Shown: positions 49,824-59,657, counted from the stretch's first letter. The stretch: DNA of 64,000 bases from an uncultured Chloroflexia bacterium (GCA_963801445.1 CAWDEW010000007.1:56692-120691), one strand, 5' to 3'. Notes: generated from the letters alone by a model not told the origin. Numbers and translations: made by a program.

Positions 49824-51239
49824 TCAGCGCGCGGCGAGCGCCACCGGGAGAGTCACGTGGAAGCAGGTCGAGCCCGGCCCGGACGTCACCGAGATTCGGC
49901 CCCGATGGTGGCTCACCACGATCGAATGGGAGATGTGGAGTCCCAGGCCGGTCCCCTTGCCGGGCTCCTTCGTCGTGTAGAACGGCTCGAAGATGCGCCG
50001 TGCGACCGGCTCGGGGATGCCCGGCCCGTCGTCGCAGACGTCCACGGTGACGTGGCCCGCCGGCTCCGGCCGGGTCCGGATCGTGAGCGTCCCGTGGCCG
50101 TCCATCGCGTCGATGGCGTTGTCCACGAGGTTCGTCCAGACCTGGTTGAGCTCGCTGCCGTAGGCCTGGATCCGGGGCAGGTCGGCGGCGTACTCGCGGA
50201 CGATCACGACGCCGTCCCGCAGCTTGTGGCGCATGATCACGAGCGTGCTCTCGATCCCGTCGCGGACGTCGATCTCCTGGAGCGGCGCCTGGTCGAGGAA
50301 GGTGTAGGACTTCACCGCGGCCACCAGCTCCGAGATCCGCTCGGACGTCATCGCGATCTCGCCCACCAGGCCGTCGATCGTCGCGACCGCCGCCAGCCAC
50401 GATGCGACTGCGCCGAGGGCGGGTTGCCCGACGCGCTCGGTGACCCCCGCGACGTCCGCGACCGTCCAGCCGCCCTCCGCGAGCGCGGGAGCGATCCGCC
50501 AGGCATCCGCCACGCCGGATGCCGCGAGGTGGGTCTCGAGCGCCTCCGCCCGGTCGCTGGCGCCCAGGGCATCCGCGGCCGTCGGCAGGAGCGACGGGCG
50601 GATCCGGCCCTCCACGACGTCGTCGACCGCCGCCCGACCGGCCTCGGCGAGGCCTGCGTCGGCCAGGGCTCGCGAGGCGCGCTCGAGCTCGGCAAAGGCC
50701 TCCCCGAGGAGGGCCGCGCTCCGCCGCATCGCGGCCGATGGGTTGTTCAGCTCGTGGGCGAGCCCCGCGGCGAGGGTCCCGAGGGAGGCGAGCTTCTCGC
50801 GCTGCTCGAGCATCGCCTGGGTCGAGCGCAGGCGCCGGGCGAGCGTCTGGACCATCGCGAGGGCGATGCCCGGATCCGTCGTCATGAGGCCGATGAACGC
50901 CTCCCGGGCGATGAAGAGCGTCCGTCCGGCCTCGACGGCGCGGACCGTGGCCGTCCGCGGACCCTGCTCCAGGAGGGCCATCTCGCCGACGACCTCGCCC
51001 GGGCCGACGGCCCCGACCTGCAGGTCGTCCTCGCCGACCCGCTTGGTGACCTCCAGGCGGCCCTCGAGGACCACGAACAGGCCGTCCGCCTCCTCGCCCT
51101 CGCGCATCAGGATCGCGCCCTGGGCCACGTCGACGATGCGGGCCAGCTCGGCGAGGCGGGCGATGCCGTCGGGACGAAGCTCGGCGAGCAGGGGCACCGT
51201 GCGCAGGGCGGCGGCCCGCGACGCCGGGCCCCCGCTCAC
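49824..51239 (-). CDS. cNMP-binding domain sensor histidine kinase
   Basis: GEVVGEMALL..PRTATVRA; AAGLAHELNNP; LNQVWTNLVDNA, DDGPG, FYTTK..GTGLGL; GTG overlaps the upstream gene stop. Confidence 0.9.
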   Translation of the reverse strand: MSGGPASRAAALRTVPLLAELRPDGIARLAELARIVDVAQGAILMREGEEADGLFVVLEGRLEVTKRVGEDDLQVGAVGPGEVVGEMALLEQGPRTATVRAVEAGRTLFIAREAFIGLMTTDPGIALAMVQTLARRLRSTQAMLEQREKLASLGTLAAGLAHELNNPSAAMRRSAALLGEAFAELERASRALADAGLAEAGRAAVDDVVEGRIRPSLLPTAADALGASDRAEALETHLAASGVADAWRIAPALAEGGWTVADVAGVTERVGQPALGAVASWLAAVATIDGLVGEIAMTSERISELVAAVKSYTFLDQAPLQEIDVRDGIESTLVIMRHKLRDGVVIVREYAADLPRIQAYGSELNQVWTNLVDNAIDAMDGHGTLTIRTRPEPAGHVTVDVCDDGPGIPEPVARRIFEPFYTTKEPGKGTGLGLHISHSIVVSHHRGRISVTSGPGSTCFHVTLPVALAAR

Positions 51240-52900
51240 AGGCCGGCGAGGTACTGGTGGACGAGCTGGATGGCCATGGCCCCTTCGCCGACCGCCGAGG
51301 CGATCCGCTTCACCGACCGCGCCCGCGCGTCGCCCGCCGCGAACACCCCGGGCACGCTCGTCTCGAGGAGGTACGGCTCGCGGGCGAGCGGCCAACCGGC
51401 CGGCGGCTTGCCGTCGTGCTGGAGGGCTGGACCGGTCAGGATGAACCCCGAGCTGTCGCGCTCGACGAGATCGCCCAGCCACTCGGTCCGCGGCGCCGCC
51501 CCGATGAACAGGAACAGCGTCGCGAGCGGCAGGCGCTCGTGGGCGTGCGTCCCGAGGTCCTCGAGGTCCACCGCGGCAAGCTCGTGCTCGCCCTCGACGG
51601 CGGAGATCGCCGCATGCGTGCGGACCGCGATGTTCGCAGTGCCGTGGATCCGGTCGACCAGGTACTGGGACATCCCGGCCTCCAGCCGGTCCCCGCGGAC
51701 GACGAGGGTCACGTTCCGGGCGAATCCCGAGAGGTAGATCGCGGCCTGCCCGGCGGAGTTCCCGCCTCCGACGACGCCCACGGCCTGCCCCTGGCAGGCG
51801 ATCGCCTCGCTGATCGCCGCGCCGTAGAAGATTCCGGTTCCCTCGAGGGCCTCGGCCCCGGGCAGGTCGAGCTTCCGGTACTGGACGCCGGTCGCGAGGA
51901 TCACCGCATGGCTGCTCACCTCGGTGCCGTCCCCGAACGTCACCACCCGGTACGGGTCCGCCAGGCGGATCGCCACGACGTCCTGCGGGCTGAGGATCTC
52001 GGCCCCCAGCCGCGACGCCTGCGCGACGCCCCGTCGGGCCAGGTCCGCACCGCTCAGCCCGGCGGGGAACCCGAGGTAGTTCTCGATCCGCGAGGTCGTC
52101 CCGGCCTGGCCGCCGGCGGCCTCGCGCTCCACCATGAGCGTCCGGAGGCCCTCGGAGGCGCCGTACACGGCTGCCGCGAGCGCCGACGGCCCGCCCCCGA
52201 CGATCACGACGTCGTAGAACGGGAGCGCGGCGGCGGTGCGCCCCCCGAGCTTCTGGGCGATCTCGCGGTTGGACGGCTCGACCAGCGCCGTGCCGTCCGG
52301 GAGGACGACCAGCGGTCGGAGAAGGTCCACGTGCCCCGCGCTGGCGGCCAGGCGCTTCGCCTCGGCGTCGTTCTCGATGTCCAGCCAGCGGTAGGGGATC
52401 TGGTTGCGGGTGAGGTAGTCCTTGATCGCGTGGGCGCGCGCCGACCAGCGGTGACCGACGAGGCTCACGCCCTCGAACGGCGGGCGGAAGCCGGCCATCC
52501 AGTCGTCGAGCAGCTCCCTGAGGATCGGCAGGAGCTTCTCCTCCGGGGGATCCCAGGGCTTGAGGAGGTAGTGGTCGAGCTGGACCTCGTTGATGGCCCG
52601 GATCGCGGCGTCCGTGTCGGCGTACGCGGTCAGGAGGACGCGCTTCGCGCTCGGGACGAGCTCGAGCGCCTGGCCGAGCATCTCGACGCCGGTCATCCCC
52701 GGCATCCGCTGGTCGACCACGAGGAGCGCGACGGGCGTGCCGCGCAGGGTCAGCGAGCGGATCGCCCCCAGGGCCGCGGCACCCGAGTCGGCGGCCACGA
52801 CCTGGTAGTCGCGGCCGAAGCCCTTGCGAAGGTCCCGCTCGATCGCCCGAAGGACCGGCGGGTCGTCGTCGACCGCGATGACAGCCGGCTTCACGGCCAT
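51236..52900 (-). CDS. Receiver domain - thioredoxin reductase-like fusion
   Basis: VDDD, VDQRMP, YLLKPW; then GGGPSAL, IENYLGFP, GGGNSAGQ, VFAAGD; FYGAA replaces CxxC. Confidence 0.9.
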   Translation of the reverse strand: MAVKPAVIAVDDDPPVLRAIERDLRKGFGRDYQVVAADSGAAALGAIRSLTLRGTPVALLVVDQRMPGMTGVEMLGQALELVPSAKRVLLTAYADTDAAIRAINEVQLDHYLLKPWDPPEEKLLPILRELLDDWMAGFRPPFEGVSLVGHRWSARAHAIKDYLTRNQIPYRWLDIENDAEAKRLAASAGHVDLLRPLVVLPDGTALVEPSNREIAQKLGGRTAAALPFYDVVIVGGGPSALAAAVYGASEGLRTLMVEREAAGGQAGTTSRIENYLGFPAGLSGADLARRGVAQASRLGAEILSPQDVVAIRLADPYRVVTFGDGTEVSSHAVILATGVQYRKLDLPGAEALEGTGIFYGAAISEAIACQGQAVGVVGGGNSAGQAAIYLSGFARNVTLVVRGDRLEAGMSQYLVDRIHGTANIAVRTHAAISAVEGEHELAAVDLEDLGTHAHERLPLATLFLFIGAAPRTEWLGDLVERDSSGFILTGPALQHDGKPPAGWPLAREPYLLETSVPGVFAAGDARARSVKRIASAVGEGAMAIQLVHQYLAGL

Positions 52901-53131
52901 GGTCTTCCCCTTGCGAGGTGGAGCCGCGATGGTAGGCCAGCGGCGAGCGCGGAACAAGAGAGCTCGTCTCGACGGGGCGGAGCCGGCCGGAGGGGCTCCT
53001 GGACGGCCTCGCCACGAGGGGGTCGACCGAATCGGCGCGGTCGGGCAAGATCACCCGATCACATCCGGGCGGGCGTCGGACCAGGGCCAAGCCTGAGCCG
53101 CCGGCCTGGGGGGCACGGAGGTTCTCGACCC

Positions 53132-54136
53132 ATGCGGACACCCCGCGCGGTTGCCCTCGGGGCGACGCTGCTCGCACTGCTCGTCGGTGCGTGCTCGTCG
53201 GGTGGGGGCACCCCGACACCGGCGGCTTCGGCCCCGGCCCCGACCGCAACCAGCCCATCGGCGAGCGCAAGCGCCACCTCGTCGGCAACCATCGCCAGCA
53301 CGCTCGTGCTGGGCGGCCCGCCCGAATGCCCGCAGCGGCCGTTCTGCGCGGCCGGGCTCCAGAAGACGTACGGGCTCACGTTCAAGGACTTCAAGCCACT
53401 CGACGCCGGCGGCCCGATCACCGTCACCGCGGTGAAGAACGGGACCGTCGACGTCGGCCTGCTGTTCACCTCGGACCCTTCGATCGCCGCGAACGGCTTC
53501 GTCCTCCTCCAGGACGACAAGCACCTCCAGCTCGCGGACAACCTCGTGCCGGTCGTCCGGCAGGCGGTCCTCGATGCCACGCCGGGTGTCGCCGACCTGC
53601 TGAACGGCTGGACGACCAAGATCACCCAGGCCGTCCTGACCGACCTCAACAAGCAGGTCTCGGTCGACCAGAAGGATCCCAAGGCGGTCGCCCAGGCCTG
53701 GCTGGCGTCCAACGGGCTCACGACCTCGACGCTCGGCGCGGGCAAGACCGTCACCGTCGGCGAGACCAACTTCTACGAGCAGGAGGTCCTCGGCGAGGTC
53801 TTCGCCCAGGTTCTCGAGGCCAACGGGTTCACGGTCAACCGGAAGGCCGACATCGGGAACCGCGAGATCGTCTTTCCGGCCCTCCAGGCCGGCCAGATCG
53901 ACCTGGTCGTCGAGTACGCCGCGACCCTCCTCGAGTTCGTCAACAAGGGCGCCGGCGAGGCGACGACCGACGCCACGGCCACCGTGGCCGCGCTCAACGC
54001 GCGCCTTTCCCCGCTGAAGCTTGCCGCGCTGAGCCCGGCCACGGCGACGGACCAGAACGGCTTCGTCGTCACCAAGGCCACGGCCGACAAGTACGGGCTC
54101 GTCACGCTGAGCGACCTGGCCAAGCCGGCGCCGTAG
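53132..54136 (+). CDS. Osmoprotectant (OsmF/OpuCC-type) ABC substrate-binding lipoprotein, circularly permuted
   Basis: Lipobox LVGAC; LVLGGPPE..GL..YGL..DDK block precedes TVTVG.NF.EQ..TLSDL block. Confidence 0.88.
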   Translation: MRTPRAVALGATLLALLVGACSSGGGTPTPAASAPAPTATSPSASASATSSATIASTLVLGGPPECPQRPFCAAGLQKTYGLTFKDFKPLDAGGPITVTAVKNGTVDVGLLFTSDPSIAANGFVLLQDDKHLQLADNLVPVVRQAVLDATPGVADLLNGWTTKITQAVLTDLNKQVSVDQKDPKAVAQAWLASNGLTTSTLGAGKTVTVGETNFYEQEVLGEVFAQVLEANGFTVNRKADIGNREIVFPALQAGQIDLVVEYAATLLEFVNKGAGEATTDATATVAALNARLSPLKLAALSPATATDQNGFVVTKATADKYGLVTLSDLAKPAP

Positions 54137-54245
54137 CGCCGGACCAAGCCGAGCTGCGGCCGGGCTGCCTCCCGACGGGCGGCCCGGCGACGCAGCGTCC
54201 CACCGCCCGCGGCGGGCGGCACTGCCGATCGGAGGGGCCAGCCTC

Positions 54246-55463
54246 GTGAGCGACGGAGCCAGGGAGGCCGCATCGCCTGCGGCAACCGTCGAGTTCGAGC
54301 ACGTCACCAAGCACTACGACCGCCGGGCCCTGGCTCGCGGCGCCCCGGGCGCGGTCAATGACCTGTCCCTGGCGGTGCCCGCCGGCCGGATCTGCGTCCT
54401 GGTCGGGCCGTCGGGCTGCGGCAAGACCACCCTGCTCAAGATGGTCAACCGGCTGATCGAGCCGACCGCCGGGCGCATCCTGATCGACGGTGCGGACGCC
54501 GCCGGGCGGGACCTCACGGCGCTCCGCCGGGGCATCGGCTACGTGATCCAGCAGGTCGGGCTCTTCCCGCACGAGACGATCGCCGAGAACGTGGCCACGG
54601 TGCCCCGCCTGCTCGGCTGGCCGGCGGCCCGCCGGCGCGAGCGCGCCGAGGAGCTCCTCCAGGTCGTGGGGCTCGACCCGGGCACGTACGCGCGGCGCTA
54701 TCCGCTCCAGCTGTCCGGCGGCGAGCGGCAGCGCGTGGGGGTCGCGCGGGCGCTCGCCGCGGACCCGCCGATCATGCTCATGGACGAGCCGTTCGGCGCG
54801 GTCGACCCGATCGTCCGGGGGCGGCTCCAGGACGAGCTCCTGCGCCTCCAGGAATCGCTCGCGAAGACGATCCTGTTCGTGACCCACGACGTGGACGAGG
54901 CGATCAAGATGGGCGACCTCGTCGCCGTCCTCCAGGAGGGCGGGGTCCTCGCCCAGCTCGGGCCTCCGGCCGAGATCCTCGCCCGCCCGGCCTCGCCGTT
55001 CGTCGCCCGCTTCGTGGGGACCGACCGCGGCCTCAAGCGCCTCAGCCTGCTCCGGGTGGCCGACCTCGAGCTGGTCCAGCCGGTCACCGCCAACGCGGGA
55101 GCGTTGGGCTCGGCGGAGCTGGAGCACGCCCTTGCCGGCTCATTCGAATGGCTGCTCCTCGTCGACGATGACCGCCGGCCCGTCGCCTGGGTCGCCCGCG
55201 ACGACGTCACGCCCGGGGCGCCGCTGGGCAGCGCGCCGGCCATCCCGGCCCTCCCGCTCCTCGACCCGCGCACGACGCTGAAGGACGCGCTCTCGAACCT
55301 GCTCGATGCCGATGTCCAGGCCGGTGTCGTGGTCGGCCGGGACCGGCGCCTTCTCGGGCTCGTCACGCTGGCCAGCATCGCCGGCATCCTGCGCGAGACC
55401 GGAACGCCGGACCGGGACCCTGGCGCGGTCGCGAGCCGGGCCGGCGAGGACGCCCGGCCATGA
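54246..55463 (+). CDS. Osmoprotectant ABC ATP-binding protein with CBS domains
   Basis: GPSGCGKTT, IGYVIQQVGLFPH, LSGGERQR, MDEPFGAVDP. Confidence 0.92.
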   Translation: MSDGAREAASPAATVEFEHVTKHYDRRALARGAPGAVNDLSLAVPAGRICVLVGPSGCGKTTLLKMVNRLIEPTAGRILIDGADAAGRDLTALRRGIGYVIQQVGLFPHETIAENVATVPRLLGWPAARRRERAEELLQVVGLDPGTYARRYPLQLSGGERQRVGVARALAADPPIMLMDEPFGAVDPIVRGRLQDELLRLQESLAKTILFVTHDVDEAIKMGDLVAVLQEGGVLAQLGPPAEILARPASPFVARFVGTDRGLKRLSLLRVADLELVQPVTANAGALGSAELEHALAGSFEWLLLVDDDRRPVAWVARDDVTPGAPLGSAPAIPALPLLDPRTTLKDALSNLLDADVQAGVVVGRDRRLLGLVTLASIAGILRETGTPDRDPGAVASRAGEDARP

Positions 55464-56104
55464 CGATCCGCTGGGACTGGATCGCCGGCAACCTCGACCA
55501 GATCGCGGCAGCGACGCTGGACCATCTCGTGCTGACCCTGCTCGCGGTTGGCGTCGGCTTCGCCCTGAGCCTGGCGCTGGGGCTCGCGGTGCGGCGGTGG
55601 CGCGTGCTGTACGGCCCGCTGGCCGGGATCGCGGGGATCCTCTACACGATCCCGAGCCTCGCCCTGTTCGCCATCCTGGTGCCGTTCACGGGCCTGTCCA
55701 TCCTCACGGCCGAGATCGGCCTCGTGAGCTACACCCTCCTGATCCTGATCCGGGGCGTCGTCTCGGGACTCGACGGGGTTCCCCGCGACGCGCTCGACGC
55801 GGCGACCGGCATGGGCTACAGCGGTCCCCAGTGCCTCCTTCGCGTGGAGCTGCCCCTGGCCCTGCCCGTCATCGTGGCCTCCGTCCGGCTGGCGACGGTG
55901 TCCACGATCGGCCTCGTGATGGTGACCGCCCTGATCGGTGAAGGCGGCCTTGGCCAGCTCATGCTGCGGGGCTTCAACCGCAGCTTCCCGACGATGATCT
56001 GGGTGGGCGTGGTCGCTTCGATCGCCCTCGCGGCTGCGCTCGACCTCCTGCTCGTCGGCTTCCAGCGACTCCTGATGCCCTGGTCCCGCGCGGGGAGGAG
56101 CTGA
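55460..56104 (+). CDS. Osmoprotectant ABC permease
   Basis: YTIPSLALF, DAATGMGY, VELPLALP, GEGGLG. Confidence 0.9.
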   Translation: MTIRWDWIAGNLDQIAAATLDHLVLTLLAVGVGFALSLALGLAVRRWRVLYGPLAGIAGILYTIPSLALFAILVPFTGLSILTAEIGLVSYTLLILIRGVVSGLDGVPRDALDAATGMGYSGPQCLLRVELPLALPVIVASVRLATVSTIGLVMVTALIGEGGLGQLMLRGFNRSFPTMIWVGVVASIALAAALDLLLVGFQRLLMPWSRAGRS

Positions 56105-56107
56105 CCC

Positions 56108-56824
56108 ATGGAGATCCTGGGGAACGGCGTCTCCTGGCTCCTGGACCCGGCCCACTGGAACGGCTCGGACGGAGTCCCGACGCGCATCCTGGAGCACCTC
56201 GCGCTGTCCGGCGGTGCGCTCCTCGTGGCCACGCTCATCGCCGTGCCGATTGGCCTGTACACGGGGCACACCGGGCGCTGGGGGACGGTGGTCACGAACG
56301 TCGCCAGCATCGGCCGCTCCGTCCCGTCGTATGCGCTGCTCCTCATCTTCTTCACCCTGACCGGTGCCCTGGGTGCCCCCACGACGCTGCCGACGCTGGT
56401 CCTCCTGGCGATCCCGCCGCTCCTCGCCGGCGTCCACGTGGCGATCCGCGAGGTCGACCCCGACGTCGTCGAGGCGGGCCGGGGCATGGGCATGCGCGAG
56501 CTCCAGGTGCTCCGCCGGGTCGAGGTGCCGGTCGGCCTGCCCCTGATCCTGGTCGGTGCGCGCACGGCCGCGGTCCAGGTGGTGGCCACCGCCACGCTCG
56601 GCGCGCTTGTCGCGGGCGGGGGGCTCGGCCGCTACATCGTCGACGGGTTCGCGCTGCGGGGCGATGAGGGGACGGCCCGGCTCGTCGCCGGGGCGATCCT
56701 CGTGGCGGTCCTGGCGATCCTCACCGAGCGGGGGTTCACCCTCCTGGAGCGGCGGACGATGCCCCGCGGCGTCTCGCGGGCGGCCGCCGACGCGGCCAGC
56801 TCCCGCGCCGGGATCGGGATCTAG
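56108..56824 (+). CDS. Osmoprotectant ABC permease
   Basis: EAGRGMGM, VVATATL..GGGLGRYI. Confidence 0.9.
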   Translation: MEILGNGVSWLLDPAHWNGSDGVPTRILEHLALSGGALLVATLIAVPIGLYTGHTGRWGTVVTNVASIGRSVPSYALLLIFFTLTGALGAPTTLPTLVLLAIPPLLAGVHVAIREVDPDVVEAGRGMGMRELQVLRRVEVPVGLPLILVGARTAAVQVVATATLGALVAGGGLGRYIVDGFALRGDEGTARLVAGAILVAVLAILTERGFTLLERRTMPRGVSRAAADAASSRAGIGI

Positions 56825-56882
56825 GCATGTCGGCGGGAGCTGCGGCGCGCCGGCGCCTCGTCCGCGCGGGAGTCTGGCGCCC

Positions 56883-57480
56883 TCACAGCCGCTCACCGGC
56901 CTCGATCGGGGTCGTCAGCCAGTTCGAGGGCGGGGCCAGCGGGCAGCTCCAGCGGGCGTCGTACGCGCACGACGGGTGGTAGGCGTAGTTGAAGTCGATG
57001 CACGAGCCGGCCGTCGCTGCCGCCCAGGTCGGCGCCCTTGATCGTGTCGAGCAGGTAGCGGCCCGCCCCGTAGGTCGTGCGGCCGGCCGTGGCGTCGCGG
57101 AAGGGCAGGAAGATGCCGCCCCCATAGACCGCGATCCAGTAGACGTCCAGCTCCCCGACCGGCAGCCGGAGCCGCCCGATCCGGTCGAGGGGATACGGTT
57201 CGCCGTCGAGGCCGTGGGCGACCAGGCGCTGCGCCGGCGCCGGCTCCACCTCGGCCTCGAAGCGCAGGGCGGGGTCGTACGACCAGTACGGGATGCCCGG
57301 GAAGCCCGCCCGGGCCGCCGGGTCGAGCGGAGTCTCCGGGTGCTCCGCGAACAGGCGGTCGCGACCGGCCCGGAACCGCCGCAGGGCGCCCTCGGGATCG
57401 CCGGCAGTCTCCGCCCGGACGGCGGCGTACAGCGCGGAGACCGTCCTCCGCCAGTCGAGCAGCGCCAGGGACACGGGCAT
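56883..57480 (-). CDS. DUF1684 family protein; frameshift near 57001
   Basis: DWRR, F.PFRDATAG.TTYGAGRYL, then DFNYAYHPSCAY..WSCPLAPP.N.L...IEAGE. Confidence 0.87.
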
Positions 57481-57564
57481 TCCTCCTCGCTCGGGCCAAT
57501 TCTCCCCGCCGGCCCTGTGTGTTATGGGCGTTGGGTCGAGGGAGCCCCGAGTCGCGGCCGGCAA

Positions 57565-57582
57565 TGTGATCGTTCGATCACA
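57565..57582. promoter_or_regulatory. Perfect palindrome TGTGATCG-TT-CGATCACA with a repeated half-site
   Basis: 8-bp inverted repeat; GCAATGTGATCG occurs at 57561 and 57588. Confidence 0.45.
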
Positions 57583-57625
57583 AGAGCGCAATGTGATCGA
57601 TCGAAGGCCGCCGCCCTGGACCCCA

Positions 57626-58180
57626 TCAGATGCAGACCCACAGGTAGAGGTCCCGCCTCGACCCAGCGGCCGTCCGTGCCAGTTCGCGGAGGTCCGCGAT
57701 GAAGTCCCGGAGCGCCTGGACGGACTCTGGGTCCGTGTCGCCCATCCAGTCCGTGTCGGCGGCCCAGCGGGCGGCCAGCCCTGGCGCGGCGGTGTCGAGC
57801 CCGACGAGTGCATCGCGGAACTCGGGCCGGAGCGCGAAGATCCAGGGGCCGTCGTCACCGCCGTAGCGCACCGCGGGCATCGCGGCCCCCACCCAGTCAT
57901 CGTCTCGGAACGGAACGCCCGTGAGCAGCGTGTCGAGAAGGGCGATCCGAGGCCCGTCGATGCCCTTGGATGCGAACGCCGGGAGCGACTGCGCCTCGGG
58001 GACGGGCGGCTCCTCAATGACGGGAGTGGGATCGGGCTTGGACCGGAACATCCCGAACAGCCCGCCCGACCCTTTCGGCTTCGCGGGCGGGGCGGGCGGC
58101 GGCGGGAACGGGCCGTGCTCCACAGACACCCCGTCGAGTTCGCTCGCCGTCGCGGCGAAGTAGTTGGTCAGCAGGCCCAT
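57626..58180 (-). CDS. Hypothetical protein
   Basis: GGAGGGAG upstream; MGLLTNYFAA...LRELARTA...LYLWVC; coherent 184 aa ORF. Confidence 0.7.
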   Translation of the reverse strand: MGLLTNYFAATASELDGVSVEHGPFPPPPAPPAKPKGSGGLFGMFRSKPDPTPVIEEPPVPEAQSLPAFASKGIDGPRIALLDTLLTGVPFRDDDWVGAAMPAVRYGGDDGPWIFALRPEFRDALVGLDTAAPGLAARWAADTDWMGDTDPESVQALRDFIADLRELARTAAGSRRDLYLWVCI

Positions 58181-58361
58181 CTCCCAGACTCCCTCCGTGC
58201 GGCGAGGACGACGTGGATCATCGCCGATCCAGTCGCGCGTCAGGAGGCGCCGCTATCCCGCAGGATGGACGCCATCATCAGAAGATCAATGACGCGCTAC
58301 CTCCTCCGAACGATCACATCCAGCACCAAACGCCTGTAACACACAGGCCGCCGGCAAGGGC

Positions 58362-58391
58362 TTGACGAGTAACTAACTGGTTACCTATCAT
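58362..58391 (+). promoter_or_regulatory. Promoter TTGACG-N18-TATCAT with ArsR-type operator GTAAC-N6-GTTAC
   Basis: -35 at 58362-58367, -10 at 58386-58391, inverted repeat 58369-58384, ATG 6 nt after the -10. Confidence 0.75.
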
Positions 58392-58397
58392 GCCCGG

Positions 58398-59174
58398 ATG
58401 GACGACGTGTTCCGGGCGCTCGCCGACCCGACCCGGCGGGGCCTGCTCGACGAGCTGTTCCGGGAGGACGGACAGAACCTCGCGGCCCTCGGCCGGCGCC
58501 TGCCGATGACCAGGATCGGGGTGATGAAGCATCTCCGGGTGCTCGAGGCGGCCGGCCTCGTGGTCACGAAGCGACGCGGGCGCGAGAAGCTCCACTTCCT
58601 GAACCCGGTCCCGATCCGGCTCGTCCACGACCGGTGGGTCAGCAAGTACGCCGAACCCTGGGCCAGCGCGCTGAGCGAGCTCAGGAAGGCGATCGAGGAG
58701 GAAGCCGTGGAGAAGGTGTTCGAGATCTACATCAAGGCGAGCCCCGAGCGCCTCTGGAAGGCGATCACCGACAGCGAGCAGCGCCAGCGCTACTGGTTCG
58801 GGGTCGGCGTCGTGTCGGACTGGACGCCGGGCTCGCGCTACCAGGCGATCCACCCGCTGGCGCCCGGCGCGATCCACGAGGGCGAGAACCTCGAGGTCGA
58901 TCCGCCGCGTCGGCTCGTCCAGAGCTTCCGGGCCCTGTGGAGCGAGGACGCAAATCGCGAGGGGACCTCGAGGGTCACCTGGGAGATCGAGCCGGTGGGC
59001 GATTCCTGCCGGCTGACCGTCACCCACGACCAGCTCCCCGAAGGCGGGAGCGAGGCCATCTACGGCGGCTGGCCCATGGTCCTGTCGGGCCTCAAGACGC
59101 TCCTCGAGACCGGGGAGACGCTCACCACCCCGGGATCCCAGCTGTACGGGCAGGCTCCCGGCTCGTCCAGCTAG
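58398..59174 (+). CDS. ArsR/SmtB regulator fused to SRPBCC (AHSA1) domain
   Basis: VFRALADPTRR, KHLRVLE, GREKLHFLNPVPI; then ASPERLWKAITD, GGWPMVLSGLKTLLETG. Confidence 0.9.
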   Translation: MDDVFRALADPTRRGLLDELFREDGQNLAALGRRLPMTRIGVMKHLRVLEAAGLVVTKRRGREKLHFLNPVPIRLVHDRWVSKYAEPWASALSELRKAIEEEAVEKVFEIYIKASPERLWKAITDSEQRQRYWFGVGVVSDWTPGSRYQAIHPLAPGAIHEGENLEVDPPRRLVQSFRALWSEDANREGTSRVTWEIEPVGDSCRLTVTHDQLPEGGSEAIYGGWPMVLSGLKTLLETGETLTTPGSQLYGQAPGSSS

Positions 59175-59208
59175 CCCACGCAGCGGCCCACGCGGGCAGG
59201 AGGTCGTC

Positions 59209-59601
59209 ATGGCTGAGATCGTCCCGAGCGCCCAGATCACGGGGGTGCGGACCGTCGGTGTCCCCGTCACGGACCAGGACCGGGCGCTCGCGTTCTACCT
59301 CGATCGGCTCGGCTTCGAGAAGCGCACGGACTTCCCGATGGGTGCCGGCGAGCGCTGGGTCGAGGTGGCCCCGCCGGGCGCCTCGACGTCGATCGCCCTC
59401 GTGCGTCCCGGCCCCGGGGGCCAGGCCGGGATCGACACCCAGGTGCGCCTCACGACCCGGGACGCCGAGGCCGACCATGCGAGCCTGCGCGCCGGCGGCG
59501 TGGACGTCGACGCGGAGATCCTGCGCTGGGAGGGCGTGCCGCCGATGTTCTCGTTCCGCGATCCGGACGGCAACCGGTTGGTGATCGTCGAGGAGCGCTG
59601 A
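59209..59601 (+). CDS. VOC/glyoxalase family protein
   Basis: VPVTDQDRALAFY..LGFE, RWVEVAP, FRDPDGN. Confidence 0.88.
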   Translation: MAEIVPSAQITGVRTVGVPVTDQDRALAFYLDRLGFEKRTDFPMGAGERWVEVAPPGASTSIALVRPGPGGQAGIDTQVRLTTRDAEADHASLRAGGVDVDAEILRWEGVPPMFSFRDPDGNRLVIVEER

Positions 59602-59657
59602 CCCGGGCGGCGCGCGGGCGGGAGGACGGTCGTCCGGGGCGCTGGACGGCCGTCGCC

